From positions 230,065 to 294,064 of the forward strand of contig PDIP01000026.1 in assembly GCA_002811645.1 (NCBI GenBank): a DNA stretch of 64,000 nucleotides, given 5' to 3'. This document shows positions 1 to 10,511 of this stretch, piece by piece. Both the position numbers and the translations under genes were made by a program. The DNA comes from Corallochytrium limacisporum Hawaii (lineage: Eukaryota > Protista > Pluriformea). A model generated the notes under the pieces. The model ran no database searches. It had not been told where the DNA came from and saw only the letters and a list, made by a program, of their open reading frames with translations. Position 1 is the first letter of the stretch. Every line of letters starts with the position of its first letter.

Positions 1-2
1 CA

Positions 3-1799
3 AATGTGTATAAGCGGCTTCGTTCCGTGAGGGTGAAGCTTCCAGGCTCACCTGTCACTGGTCGAAATGCGGGCAGAGCGAAACTGAAAGCTGGCGTGAT
101 GGGTCTTCTGAGTGAGAAGTCCACACAACACAGCAATACTCTAGTGTTCCTACCAAGCAAGAAGGAAGTGTATACATGGGCTACAGAAGCGGCTTTGCCG
201 GAAAGACACATTGAGTGGGCATCCAGTTCCAGGCCAGCGTCCCAATCATCTTCAAGTCCGCCAGTGAGCCTGTCCGAACGACGCTTGTGGCTCACCACTG
301 AACTTAGCTCGGTCAGTCACAAGCACGCCGTGCTCAAGCATATGGCTAATTTACAGGACTTGATAATGAAGGGTATCGGAATCCACCACGGCGATATGGT
401 TGAGGAGGAGCGACACCTCATTGAGAATGCGTACCAAGACGGCATCATTGGTCTCCTATTCTGCACTACCACTCTTGCTGAAGGAATTAACCTGCCGGTT
501 GATCGTGTAATGATCTGTCCGGCATACTACACCAATCTTACAATGTTTGAGTATGTACAAATGAAGGGCCGTGCAGGACGACGTGTTGATGGGGACCCAG
601 GCAGCAGCTACCTTTTCGTGGAGGAGGAGGTCAACAAAGGTTTGGGCAAGGATAACAGCAGGATTCAACTCGCTGACAATAGCCTGACATGGTCCTTCCT
701 CGCCCAGCAGTGTGTGTTGCGTAGCGAGTTTACGGATGAGCAAGGCATGGATCAGCTCAAACGGGGATTGCTTGACGTGCTCATGGAACACGAGCCGTGC
801 AACCGGCGTGTGCTGAATGAATTTAGTGAGCGATTGTTTCTGTCCTTCATCAATCGCCAAAATAAGTCGACTCAGGTATGCAAATCTGCCCTCTGTGAAC
901 TGCTAGACGATGAGACCCTGGTGACCTACAACTGTACGGATGACACCTACACACTGACGACATTGGCCAGGGCAGCAACTGTGTCTGGAATCAGCATCAA
1001 CCGCGCGCACACTTTGCGGTCGGAACTGATAAGCTTCAGTTCGGACTTTACATTTCTTTCACCTATCCCACGAATATTCCTGCTCTTGAACCCTGAGCAC
1101 ATCAACGACCAACGATTTGACACCGAGAAGATCCGCGACCGAGTGATCCGCAAGCTGCGCCACCGGCTCAGGCAGCCCCACCAGTATTCTAAGGATGCCA
1201 TGATACGCTGCGCAAAGCATTCGGGAATTAGTTCGCTGGAATGCTTTGTGGAGCGACTGGAGTCTGGACCACCGAAGGACAAACTCTTTCTGAGACGTCT
1301 GTACCTCACACTGTTTGTTGAGGCCGTGCTGTTGGCCAAGAATGAGTTCATTGCCACTGCTCGCGAATACTTCCCGGCTTGGGGAAATCGTGCATTCGGT
1401 ATTTACGAGGAGCTGGCCGCGGAAGCTCAAATGATGGCCCGCTTCAGCAAAGAACTTGGACTAGACATTGGCATCCTCCTGGAAGCCAAGGCCCGTGAAA
1501 TTAAGCTCGGCAGCGGCACTCTCGCAGAGCTCATGCAACTTCCGGGGCTAAGCTTTGGACGGGCGACCCTGATCCAGGCCTCTGGTATAAATTCGATTCG
1601 GGAGGTCTCCGAACTGTGCAGCGATCGGCTCATGTCCGTGCTTAATCGGAAAATCAAGCGCAAGGATGCGGAGAAAATCATTGAGGCTGCCAAACGCCGG
1701 CGCAGGCGGGATCTGCAAGACATCCTCGAGGACAATGGGTACAATTCCTTGCCGGCAGGACTCTTGGATAGTGGAAAAATAGATGTCAGACGATATTAA
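3..1799 (+). CDS. HELQ: Ski2-like SF2 DNA helicase, HELQ/HEL308-like (5'-partial, frame open at window edge)
   Basis: Second RecA-domain motifs LVFLPSKK, GIGIHHGD..EER..IE.AY, TTTLAEGINLP and QMKGRAGRR. A winged-helix/ratchet region (YTLTTLARA) and C-terminal HhH (LMQLPGLSFGRA) follow. No polymerase domain follows, favouring HELQ over POLQ. Confidence 0.75.
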   Translation, partial: NVYKRLRSVRVKLPGSPVTGRNAGRAKLKAGVMGLLSEKSTQHSNTLVFLPSKKEVYTWATEAALPERHIEWASSSRPASQSSSSPPVSLSERRLWLTTELSSVSHKHAVLKHMANLQDLIMKGIGIHHGDMVEEERHLIENAYQDGIIGLLFCTTTLAEGINLPVDRVMICPAYYTNLTMFEYVQMKGRAGRRVDGDPGSSYLFVEEEVNKGLGKDNSRIQLADNSLTWSFLAQQCVLRSEFTDEQGMDQLKRGLLDVLMEHEPCNRRVLNEFSERLFLSFINRQNKSTQVCKSALCELLDDETLVTYNCTDDTYTLTTLARAATVSGISINRAHTLRSELISFSSDFTFLSPIPRIFLLLNPEHINDQRFDTEKIRDRVIRKLRHRLRQPHQYSKDAMIRCAKHSGISSLECFVERLESGPPKDKLFLRRLYLTLFVEAVLLAKNEFIATAREYFPAWGNRAFGIYEELAAEAQMMARFSKELGLDIGILLEAKAREIKLGSGTLAELMQLPGLSFGRATLIQASGINSIREVSELCSDRLMSVLNRKIKRKDAEKIIEAAKRRRRRDLQDILEDNGYNSLPAGLLDSGKIDVRRY

Positions 1800-1873
1800 T
1801 ACTGACCCCTTTCAATGTGATAATATTCTGCCTTTGTATGAGTTGATTTTGTGCGTGGTGCTGACAGTCCCAT

Positions 1874-3193
1874 TCACCTCCAAGTGCCAATTGGCATTTG
1901 TTCGATGAGTGTCTCAATAACTCTGTTCTGCAGAGTGGCATCCTCTGTGTTTGCATGGTAACCGACTTTCGCATGCATCAGCACCGGTGCCAATGCTTTG
2001 GCCAAGTTGCGCGGTGTCATTTTGTTGACAGCGTTCTTCTCGCTGAGCCGGTGCAGATGCAACATTAGCACGTTCAAAGTGATTCGATTTTCACGAGGCA
2101 GGCGGTTGATGAGCTGATACATTGGTCCCACCCGTGCGACTGGGTTCTCGATTCGTGCGACATTCAGGAAGTCCTTGTAGAGTACATGACTTAAGAGCGG
2201 CTCCGGCAGCTCTCGCAAGTAGCGTTTGAGCGTGCCTGTGACAACATGAATATCCACTTGGCTCAGGTCAGGAATCTCCCTCGCGAAGCGCAGCAACAGA
2301 CGATCAATTTGTCCGGCTGGCGCGGAAGCACGATACAGTCCCTCTGTGCGGAGTCCTCGTCGCTCAACTTCCCGAATACACGTCTCAACCACATCCGGCA
2401 GCCCTTGGTCACCCAATAGGTCCGAGTCTCGCCGCGCGAATCGGGAACCATGATAGCCTGCGTTGAATGAGGAACTCGGTGTTGCTTTAATGCTCTCTAG
2501 TCCGCTATTGGGATAATTGAGCGAATTGTTTAGACCCAGGCCGCCAGGGGTCATCAGATGGGCCTGATTCATCATCGCGGACTGTGGCGCCTGCTGCTGC
2601 TGCGGAACCATGGAAGATTGAAAGGACTGAGGATAGCCCTTGCCCATGCCAGTGTTCGAATTGCGACCAACCCCGCCACCCATGATCGGTCCCGAATCGA
2701 CGATGTCGTCCCCAGTGCCAAGGTCGCCCATACCCGCCAATGTGTCCGCTCCAACAAATTGTCGAATGGCTGCCATTTGTTTGTCAAAACGCGCCAGTCT
2801 GGTCTCTGCTTCCCGGCTACGGGTCCTTTCTTGCTCCAGAGCGCTCTGCAGGGATCGAATCTCTGCTTTGAGACTGTTCACTTCCGCACCGGCGCGGGCA
2901 TCCTGCTGGATCCGGGTCTGCAGTTCAAGCATTAGTCGCTGTTCGTTACGCTGTACAGTGCCCAATTCGTTCTTTGTCATTTCAAGATCAGCCTTCAGGA
3001 CTTCGACACGGTCACGCAGTTCCCGCGCTTCTTCCAGTTCGCGAATATCCGCTCTCTGTTTGTTGACAAGTTGGCGGTATGTACGCTTTAGATCCTCAAA
3101 CCCCAGAAGGATGTCACTGTAGCCACTGCTACTGGCACGCATAGTGGGATCCATCATCCCACTGGTACCCGCGTCGTAGTCTGTCGCCGGCAT
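1874..3193 (-). CDS. RACGAP1: RhoGAP with N-terminal coiled coil, RACGAP1/MgcRacGAP/CYK-4-like
   Basis: RhoGAP domain with arginine finger (VETCIREVERRGLRTEGLYR; LKRYLRELPEPL; NKMTPRNLA). The coiled coil ends LEQERTRSREAETRLARFDKQMAAIRQ, like the CYK-4 coil. First ATG at 3193 (ORF track starts at GTG 3238). RhoGAP call is firm; orthology is moderate. Confidence 0.7.
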   Translation of the reverse strand: MPATDYDAGTSGMMDPTMRASSSGYSDILLGFEDLKRTYRQLVNKQRADIRELEEARELRDRVEVLKADLEMTKNELGTVQRNEQRLMLELQTRIQQDARAGAEVNSLKAEIRSLQSALEQERTRSREAETRLARFDKQMAAIRQFVGADTLAGMGDLGTGDDIVDSGPIMGGGVGRNSNTGMGKGYPQSFQSSMVPQQQQAPQSAMMNQAHLMTPGGLGLNNSLNYPNSGLESIKATPSSSFNAGYHGSRFARRDSDLLGDQGLPDVVETCIREVERRGLRTEGLYRASAPAGQIDRLLLRFAREIPDLSQVDIHVVTGTLKRYLRELPEPLLSHVLYKDFLNVARIENPVARVGPMYQLINRLPRENRITLNVLMLHLHRLSEKNAVNKMTPRNLAKALAPVLMHAKVGYHANTEDATLQNRVIETLIEQMPIGTWR

Positions 3194-3590
3194 TTTATTG
3201 TCCGTGAATCGCTTCTTTAGCTTATCGATCTCTTCCACTGTTCACGGCTTGCTTATTACTCATGTTAAGTTGATGATGTGATCCACATTTGCGAGAAAAT
3301 ATATACATCTGTTTGTGGTCTTTGCCATACAATAACTCATTCGCAACATGATGGTGTCTTGAAATAACCGCTTGTGAAAAATGAACGTGACCCACAACCT
3401 TGGCCTACGCAGTCCCGGTTACCGGGCCCCCTCCCTCACCTCAGGCTCCGTAAGCCCGCGGTGTTATTTCAAACTCTCCCCGCCACTCCGCATCACTATT
3501 GAAAATGTACTACCGACCTTTGCCAACCGCGGTCAGGGCCAAAAGGTCTGTAGCTCCTCACCGCCCAACTACACACCCCCAGCACAACCG

Positions 3591-3643
3591 ACCAACCAAC
3601 CAACCAACCAACCAACCAACCAACCCCCCCGGGGGGGGGGGGG
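3591..3643. repeat. (CCAA)n microsatellite abutting a C7G13 run
   Basis: Directly visible between the divergent RacGAP and PINCH genes. Confidence 0.9.
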
Positions 3644-4217
3644 CAGGGGGGCGTTGAGGGCTTTTCTTTCTTTGCCGCGCCCGATCTTTGTGCCCCGGGG
3701 GGACTCAGCGAAACCGTTTTCTTCGTAGCAACCAAGAACTAGTCCGTATATAATTTACTTGAACCCCCCACCGGTATTAGCTATATAACGGGCGAATTGG
3801 GGCTTCGTGATTGGTGGAAAATTGGTACCTTCGATCTGGCAGTGGCCAGGGGTACCAGGTAGGGGGGCAGGGGCAGCTGCGGAACGGGTTTCGAGGGGAA
3901 GACCCTCTTTGTTCTCTCTTTGCTGCGTTTGTTCGACACCGGGAATGCCCTAACGGAAGTACAAGTAAGGCTCCTTCCTACTTCTCTGTGGTACGTCTTC
4001 TCTGGTCGTTTCTTTCATCACTGCAAAAAGAGCGATATGTTCTGTTTCTAGATCTATGTGACCGGCTGTCGCACCGGGTACAAGAGTACGGCCAATCTCT
4101 GACATATGTCTAGCTGCAACGCATCGTACACAAGTCAGTGATAGTTGTGTGTGACACCAGTAGAAACCGTGTGGAAGGTGTGAGAAGCGTTATAAAGAAT
4201 AGGGAAATCCATTGAAA

Positions 4218-5273
4218 ATGTCAGCAGCGACAGAGAACGGTGCCACCGGTGTCGCTATTGACGATTCCGCCTTCGGGGCCGAGGGGTCGTGCAAGATGTG
4301 CAACATGGAGTTCAAAGAAGACGAGCAGAGGCTGATGGCGTCGGGTCAGTTCTATCACTATTCCTGCTATCGCTGTGTGGAATGTCTGACGGCTTTTGGG
4401 GAGAACTCATACTTTGAGTACGAAGGACATCTGTACTGCGAACGGGACTACCACCTGCTCTACGGACCGCGGTGTCACCGCTGCAAGGAGAACATTACGG
4501 GCCGATCCCTCATTGCAATGGGCGAGTATTGGCATCCTGATCACTTTCAGTGCACAAACTGCGAAACGAGTCTTGCTGGCAAGAATTTCCTCGCCCTCGG
4601 TGACCGTGCGCTCTGCAAGGAATGCTACAAACAGAAACTGGTGGAGTCGAAGAAGCACGAAATGTGTCAACGGTGCGGAAAGCCGGTGATTGGAAGTGAC
4701 TTTCTCATGGTCGGCGGCAAAAAGATGCATCCCCAACATTTCAATTGCAGCACTTGCGGTATTACCCTCAATTCACTGGCCAAGGAACTAGGCGGACGAC
4801 TTTACTGCCCAACCGATTTCGAGAAGGCGCAGGTTATGGTCTGCGGTGCTTGTAGGAAACCGATTGTCAGCGCCCGGTGGGTTACAGCTCTTGGCAAGAC
4901 CTGGCACGTTGATCACCTGGTGTGTGCGACGTGTGAGGACGTGATTGGGTTGTCCAAATTCTTTGAGTACGGTAACATGGCCTACTGTGAGTACCATTAC
5001 AAGGCCAAATTTGCGGATACGTGCTGGCTATCCGGTCAGCCAATCATGTCAGATACTGTAAAGGTAATGGGCAAGAAGTTTGACTCGGACAATTTTATGT
5101 GCTTTGGCTGTCGGATTAGTCTCAACGAACCAGACGTAGGCGTGATTGATGTCGATCGCAGGCCCTACTGCAAAAATTGTTATACAAGTTTCCCTCTGGC
5201 CGTGAAGAAACGCCTGAAGAAGTACACTGAATACGAGAAGTTGGTCGAAAAGGAAAAGGGATCTGTGTACTAA
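4218..5273 (+). CDS. LIMS1: PINCH/LIMS-like five-LIM-domain adaptor (ILK-PINCH-parvin complex)
   Basis: Five tandem LIM domains (CxxC...HxxCxxCxxC...CxxD/H/C). C-terminal FPLAVKKRLKKY matches the PINCH tail FPLELKKRLKK. ATG at 4218. Confidence 0.88.
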   Translation: MSAATENGATGVAIDDSAFGAEGSCKMCNMEFKEDEQRLMASGQFYHYSCYRCVECLTAFGENSYFEYEGHLYCERDYHLLYGPRCHRCKENITGRSLIAMGEYWHPDHFQCTNCETSLAGKNFLALGDRALCKECYKQKLVESKKHEMCQRCGKPVIGSDFLMVGGKKMHPQHFNCSTCGITLNSLAKELGGRLYCPTDFEKAQVMVCGACRKPIVSARWVTALGKTWHVDHLVCATCEDVIGLSKFFEYGNMAYCEYHYKAKFADTCWLSGQPIMSDTVKVMGKKFDSDNFMCFGCRISLNEPDVGVIDVDRRPYCKNCYTSFPLAVKKRLKKYTEYEKLVEKEKGSVY

Positions 5274-5351
5274 GAAATGATCACGTCAACAGTCATTTAC
5301 ACTTTACATTACCTCATTGAGTTCTATAAAATCGTGTACATCCAAGTCATT

Positions 5352-5597
5352 TTAGTCAGCCTTGCCAATGTTTAGAGAGCGATCTTCGTACATGCCACTC
5401 GCAGCCAAACGGGTAGGGAACTCACCAGAATTACCGTAGTATTTGTCCGGAAACTCAAGCTTTGTTGGAGAACGGGCACCATAGGATTGAGCAGTGCTTT
5501 TCCAGACGGGATGAGCAGCCCTTTGGGTACCATAGGCTTTAATTTGTTCCGGGTCACGAAAGCGGACAGGAAGTTCTCGCACTGGCTGGATGGTCAT
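5352..5597 (-). CDS. PIERCE1: PIERCE1/2 (C9orf116/C15orf65, DUF4490)-like axonemal microtubule inner protein
   Basis: LPVRFRDP..IKAYG...HPVWKSTAQSYGARSPT..EFP.KYY..S.EF...LAASGMYEDRSLN matches the Pierce family pattern as recalled. Alternative ATG at 5633. Confidence 0.8.
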   Translation of the reverse strand: MTIQPVRELPVRFRDPEQIKAYGTQRAAHPVWKSTAQSYGARSPTKLEFPDKYYGNSGEFPTRLAASGMYEDRSLNIGKAD

Positions 5598-6205
5598 GAT
5601 AATTGTGTTTCCTAGTCTTTTCTCTACAATCATCCACCATGATCAGCCATATGTGCACTCGTTCTCTTAGGTACGTTTAGGCAAAGTCCTATGTACCCTG
5701 TCTCGAAAACATCAACATTCCTTTGCATGTTAACCTTATTCAAGATTCTATAAGACTGGCGTATGAAAGCACAGAACCTACTGTGCTCTCCCCATCACAA
5801 ACTAACAGATGAAGGTCAATACCCGCACCACCAGTTCTTGTGGCTTTCGTTCTGAGGATCCGAGCGGGCGTGCGCAGTCAAAAAGTGGCAGTCGATCGGG
5901 TCCAGATTTCAGTACAAAAAGTAACGACTGAGTGAGACTCGAAATTGCCCCGGGTGGGTTCCTGCGGTATTGGATCTTTCCCCACCCAAAATCGTGTAAG
6001 GACGACTCACTCCATGGCAACTGGCCTCCCTTGCCCCGATAGCTAGCCACCTTGTACTTATGTAATACTGTGGGCTTTGCTGAAACATGGTTAACATGTT
6101 CTCTTGTATATTTGATACAACTTTATCGTGCTATGGTACAAAGGCTAAACTAAACATAACTAGAACACCGTGTCCCCAAAAGCCATGTTCTGGGTTTGTG
6201 GTAGT

Positions 6206-8191
6206 CTAAAGGAGGTCGTAGTACTTGTTCGAGACAGGATCGTAGTAGCAGTTGAGCACGGGGTCATAGAGCAGGTCCAGTTCTTCGCCACCATCGTCCT
6301 CGATTGGACTGTCTGAGTCAAGGCGTGCGATTTGACTCTTCCAGGCACCGCCGCTGTTATAACTGTGCTCTTCGATGACTTGCAGAGGCGCAGGAGTTGT
6401 ACTAGCTCGGTCCTGGTGCTCTGGTGACGGCGATGAGGCCTCACTGCTGCTGCTCTGGCGGCCAGCACCCGGCAGGATCAATGGGGGGCTCATCATCTCA
6501 TCGCGTTCCATCTCTTCGTGTCGATCATCGGCAGTAATGTGTGCCTTCGGGCTATTTCGCAGGTAAAGACGAGGATCTTCGTCAAGCTCTCCCAGCTCTC
6601 CTCTATGGACATTTCCGGAGTCGTAATCTTCATTGTGACGCTGTAGTCCTCTTTGTAAGGCATTATGCTTAAGTGTGAGGTTCTGCATGTTCTGCAAGCT
6701 CTGCGGACCATCATTCAACTGTTCAATAGAATCTGTGGCCATTTGCTCTTCACTACCTTTCAGAAATGTAACCTGGGGCTCTGAAGCTGTGTCTGGAGTT
6801 AACTTACCCTCATACTCTGGAATATTGTGCACCGACACAGGCCGATTCACGAAGTCGACACCACTGGTATGCCAGTCAATGTTACCAGATTCACCTCGAA
6901 CATGCCGAGTTTCTGGGCTGGTGTCCCGCATTCCCCCCTGACCGATTAGATGGGGGCGCGAATCGAAGGTGAAGGCCGCAGTGGCTTCCTGAAAGACTCC
7001 CGTGTTCGAATTTGCAGAATGTGTGTGAGATACCCGACCGGAATTCTGCCGCGAGGAACTGCTCGAACTGTTCCTGGATCTCCGCAACTGCTGAGAGCCT
7101 GCGGAGCTCGAGGGAGACGACTCGTCGTGGTCAGACGACGCAGGCTCTTCGAGCATATCGGACAGTGGCGGGGCAACAGAATTGCGTGAGCCAGAGAAGC
7201 TCCATCGAGGGATGCGGCTACGATTCTCATTTGGGTTGGCGGGCATGCTGTGAAACTTGACCATTTCCGGCCGTCCATTGCCGGCTTGCTCTTCTCTCCT
7301 GGTCTGCGTGCGACAGTACAAACTTGCCCGACCCGAACGACGATTCTTGCGGTCTTCGGAAGGTGGTGCCACAACATTCTGCTTAGCAATCATTGACTCT
7401 GAGGCAGCCCTAGTGCTGATCTTGCCCGATCCCTCCCCGCGTTCCGCCATCATCTTTTCATATGCAGCGCTATGCGTGCCTGTGCTTGTACGGATCATTC
7501 GAGGTGGCTGTTCGGCTTCGAGTCTAATTTTGACGGCTTCGAGGTCAGAAGCACTCTCCTGTCCGGTCACCACGGCGAAACAGATCACATTCGTGACGTT
7601 TGTCACACCAACCGGAAAATGCAAGGCCTTACTGGGCAAATTTCTGCTGTCTGAGACAACGCCCACGTTCGGCATAGACTTTAGGATGAAAACTTTCCTG
7701 ACTTTGCAGGTGGCGCTGAAACTGATAGTGTCCATGGACCGCAACGAAACACTTTTGAATGATCCTAAGACCAGATCATTGACATCCACCAGGCAGTTGA
7801 CCCACTTTCCCCGAGTGACCATTCCGAAAGGTAATCTTGCATGCATGGTGGATATTGTTGCCGCCTTCTGATGGCTGAGCAAAAGCACCCATTTTCTTGC
7901 GCCTGCTGAATCCGTTACTGCAATGTCTACGTTGCAGTCCGCGCCCTGGGGTATAAAAATTTGGAAACCTAATATCTCGTGTTGTGTTAAACCCAAGGTT
8001 TTCTTTGGGTCCTTGGGAATGTGAAGCCGCGCATTAGCACCACCCTCAACATTGAAAATGTATCCCTTGGTGCTCTGTTCAAAAACGCGTTTACTTCGCA
8101 AGCCCTGCAGTTTGCAACCCGCCAAGGGATCCTTGCCAGCAGCTGACAGGATCTCGATGAATGGGCTGCCTTGAAATGCGCTGCCGAACAT
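6206..8191 (-). CDS. CFAP20DC: CFAP20-domain-containing protein (C3orf67/CFAP20DC-like)
   Basis: N-terminal MFGSAFQGSPFIEILSAAGKDP...LGLTQ..LGFQIFIP..HARLPF...W.N...CKVRKVFILK (DUF667/CFA20 domain). Long disordered middle, then the characteristic C-terminal LDLLYDPVLNCYYDPVSNKYYDL. Start at ATG 8191 (8197 possible). Confidence 0.85.
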   Translation of the reverse strand: MFGSAFQGSPFIEILSAAGKDPLAGCKLQGLRSKRVFEQSTKGYIFNVEGGANARLHIPKDPKKTLGLTQHEILGFQIFIPQGADCNVDIAVTDSAGARKWVLLLSHQKAATISTMHARLPFGMVTRGKWVNCLVDVNDLVLGSFKSVSLRSMDTISFSATCKVRKVFILKSMPNVGVVSDSRNLPSKALHFPVGVTNVTNVICFAVVTGQESASDLEAVKIRLEAEQPPRMIRTSTGTHSAAYEKMMAERGEGSGKISTRAASESMIAKQNVVAPPSEDRKNRRSGRASLYCRTQTRREEQAGNGRPEMVKFHSMPANPNENRSRIPRWSFSGSRNSVAPPLSDMLEEPASSDHDESSPSSSAGSQQLRRSRNSSSSSSRQNSGRVSHTHSANSNTGVFQEATAAFTFDSRPHLIGQGGMRDTSPETRHVRGESGNIDWHTSGVDFVNRPVSVHNIPEYEGKLTPDTASEPQVTFLKGSEEQMATDSIEQLNDGPQSLQNMQNLTLKHNALQRGLQRHNEDYDSGNVHRGELGELDEDPRLYLRNSPKAHITADDRHEEMERDEMMSPPLILPGAGRQSSSSEASSPSPEHQDRASTTPAPLQVIEEHSYNSGGAWKSQIARLDSDSPIEDDGGEELDLLYDPVLNCYYDPVSNKYYDLL

Positions 8192-10511
8192 TACCATATA
8201 GTGGGATGCAACCTTATCCTGTGGCGGAATCCATGTCTGCAACGTTCAAAAACACACTTCAAATACTAAAGTATGGTACCGCGGGCGCAGTAGGTGCGCA
8301 TCTACATACTACACTAGGTGACAAAGGTCTCAAGAGCTCTGTGTGTTAGAACAGCCAATATTAAATAGTAGTCTTGTTATCTATCTCAACCGCATCATCT
8401 TCGTCATCCACTTTAAAGAACTCTTTTGAAAAGCGGTAGCCGCTGTGACGGGGGTCCAAACACGATTTCTACAGCTCCTTGGCACTATTGCTGTGTAGTC
8501 AGATTTACATGAAACGGGAGCACGTCCCTGCATTTGGGTGCATTTCAATCGGCCCATTGCCAGTCCTCACAACAGCAGCGCCAAAGTTATGCCCGCGAAC
8601 ATCTGGAGTAGCAAAAAAGGTGAACGAGGACCGGGGAGTGGGCGAAGGGCGTTTCGCGACCAGGCTCGTCCTCTGCAAATTTTATCCCATTGACCCAGTA
8701 TAAGAAATTTGTGGCTTGGCTGCTTGGATGCGAATCCTTTCATTTCTGTCGTGTGTCATTGCTTTTCCGTTCGGACTCGAAACCCAACCAACCCGACCAC
8801 CCCCGCTCCCCCACTTCCTCGTGCTGGGCACCACCGCGATACACACACAACCGCCCGTTTCCTTCCGAAGAAAACTTTAAGCAGTCGGGGCCGGAAAAAA
8901 GCCATCCGCAAAAAGGTCAAAGGGAGCTGGACCCCGGGGTGGGTTGGGGGGAGGAGAGAGGGGAACGTAGGTGGTGAAAATTGATTTTTTGGTGGGAACC
9001 CCCCGAGGGCGGGGGGGAGAGGGGGTGTTGGTGTCTCGTTTCGTCTTTTGCCGTTTGAACCACCACAAGGGAAAATAAAAAGAGAGAGGAGAAAATGGTT
9101 TATAAAACAAGAGATTCCCTTTCTTGTAACCGTAGCATTATTAAATCGGGGCTAAGGTCTTCTGTTGAGTTGCGTGGCGGAACCCGCGGGCGGCTTCAAT
9201 TGCGTTTTTGTACTTGTTACCCAGACGGCCCCCCCCCCCCGGTGGAGGAATCCGTCATGAACAGGGAAATTCCGTCCAGACGGCCACTGCTAGCGGTCTC
9301 CCCCAGATACGTTATCGTCTCAGTAGTGTGCGTGAAATGCGCTGTCGGTGTGTCATTTCTCTAACGGTCCGGACGGTCAGTCAGCCCTTTGGCAAGACCA
9401 GCAACGACGGGCTTCCGTAGTCCATGGATCTTTGTTAGGGCGGGTAAAGTGGCTGACACAATATTTGCCAGCCATCGGTAGTTTCAGTGGAATGCGTTTT
9501 GAGTTACACTACGTTGACCCGGAAGGAACGCAGTTTCTTGTCGTTCCTTCGAGTCCTACCATCCTCCGTTCGGTAGAGCGCCCTCACACTCAGGGCCTGT
9601 GTACCTTTCCATCCCTTCCCCCGGCAACCAGTGGAATGTCCAACCTGCCAACCTGGAGTAAATGTACAGAGGTTTGTGCACAGAAGGTTTGGCTTGAACG
9701 GAAGGCGCAGCACCGCGAAGGCGGGGTAAGGTGTGAGAGGTCCATGAGAGCGACTGCAAAGGTGTAGCAGAAACTTCGGCCGCTATCTATGGACATCCAG
9801 TGATGAGGGTGGCTTTCCAGCAGTAAGGAAACTATCACTCTTTCCGCGGATCCACAGAACGGTGCATGTGCGACTAGGAAGGCACAGAGTTCTTTTTTCA
9901 TCTCTCCGCGCAGCCACTTATCTAGAATTTCGTCAGCAACTCACACTTACTATCACTTCGTTGGGATGTCTAATGAGCCTGCGGATTAGACAAGCACTGA
10001 CAAAAGCGAAACACCGATGCACTAGCATGACCAAAGAGCATGCTGTAGCAACGATAGTGTCCAGAATAATACGTAAGTGACCCTTATCGATCTATCGGGC
10101 TTGCCCGCCATTAACGGCGATGTCACTTTGTATTGATTTTCGCTGTCTTCTTGGAGTGACTAAAACGTGTCCCATAAATCGATTAATTCGGGGCCTATAT
10201 TCACCGAGCAACGACAATAACATTAAATTAGGCCCCCAATTCCCTCGCAAAAGCCGAGCCGGCCCCTGGCTCATGTGCCCCCACTTTTCCACTGTGCACA
10301 AGTGTTGATGTTGCTTTTGTGTACACAGCGGACAAGTGAGCGTGAGTCGTTTTCATTTCCAGTCTCTACTATTTCACTGTACCTAGCTGACCTCTAAATT
10401 TTGAGGAACCGATCAATACAATGCACATAAGGAACATCGCCCGGGTCTGTACACCAAAACGAGGGAAATGATTAGTTGATAACAGTTACGAGAGTACATG
10501 ACATCCTAGTC

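Noticed and set aside
3-1799. DNA polymerase theta
   Set aside because: Stop codon follows the HhH region and the next gene is on the opposite strand; no family A polymerase domain.
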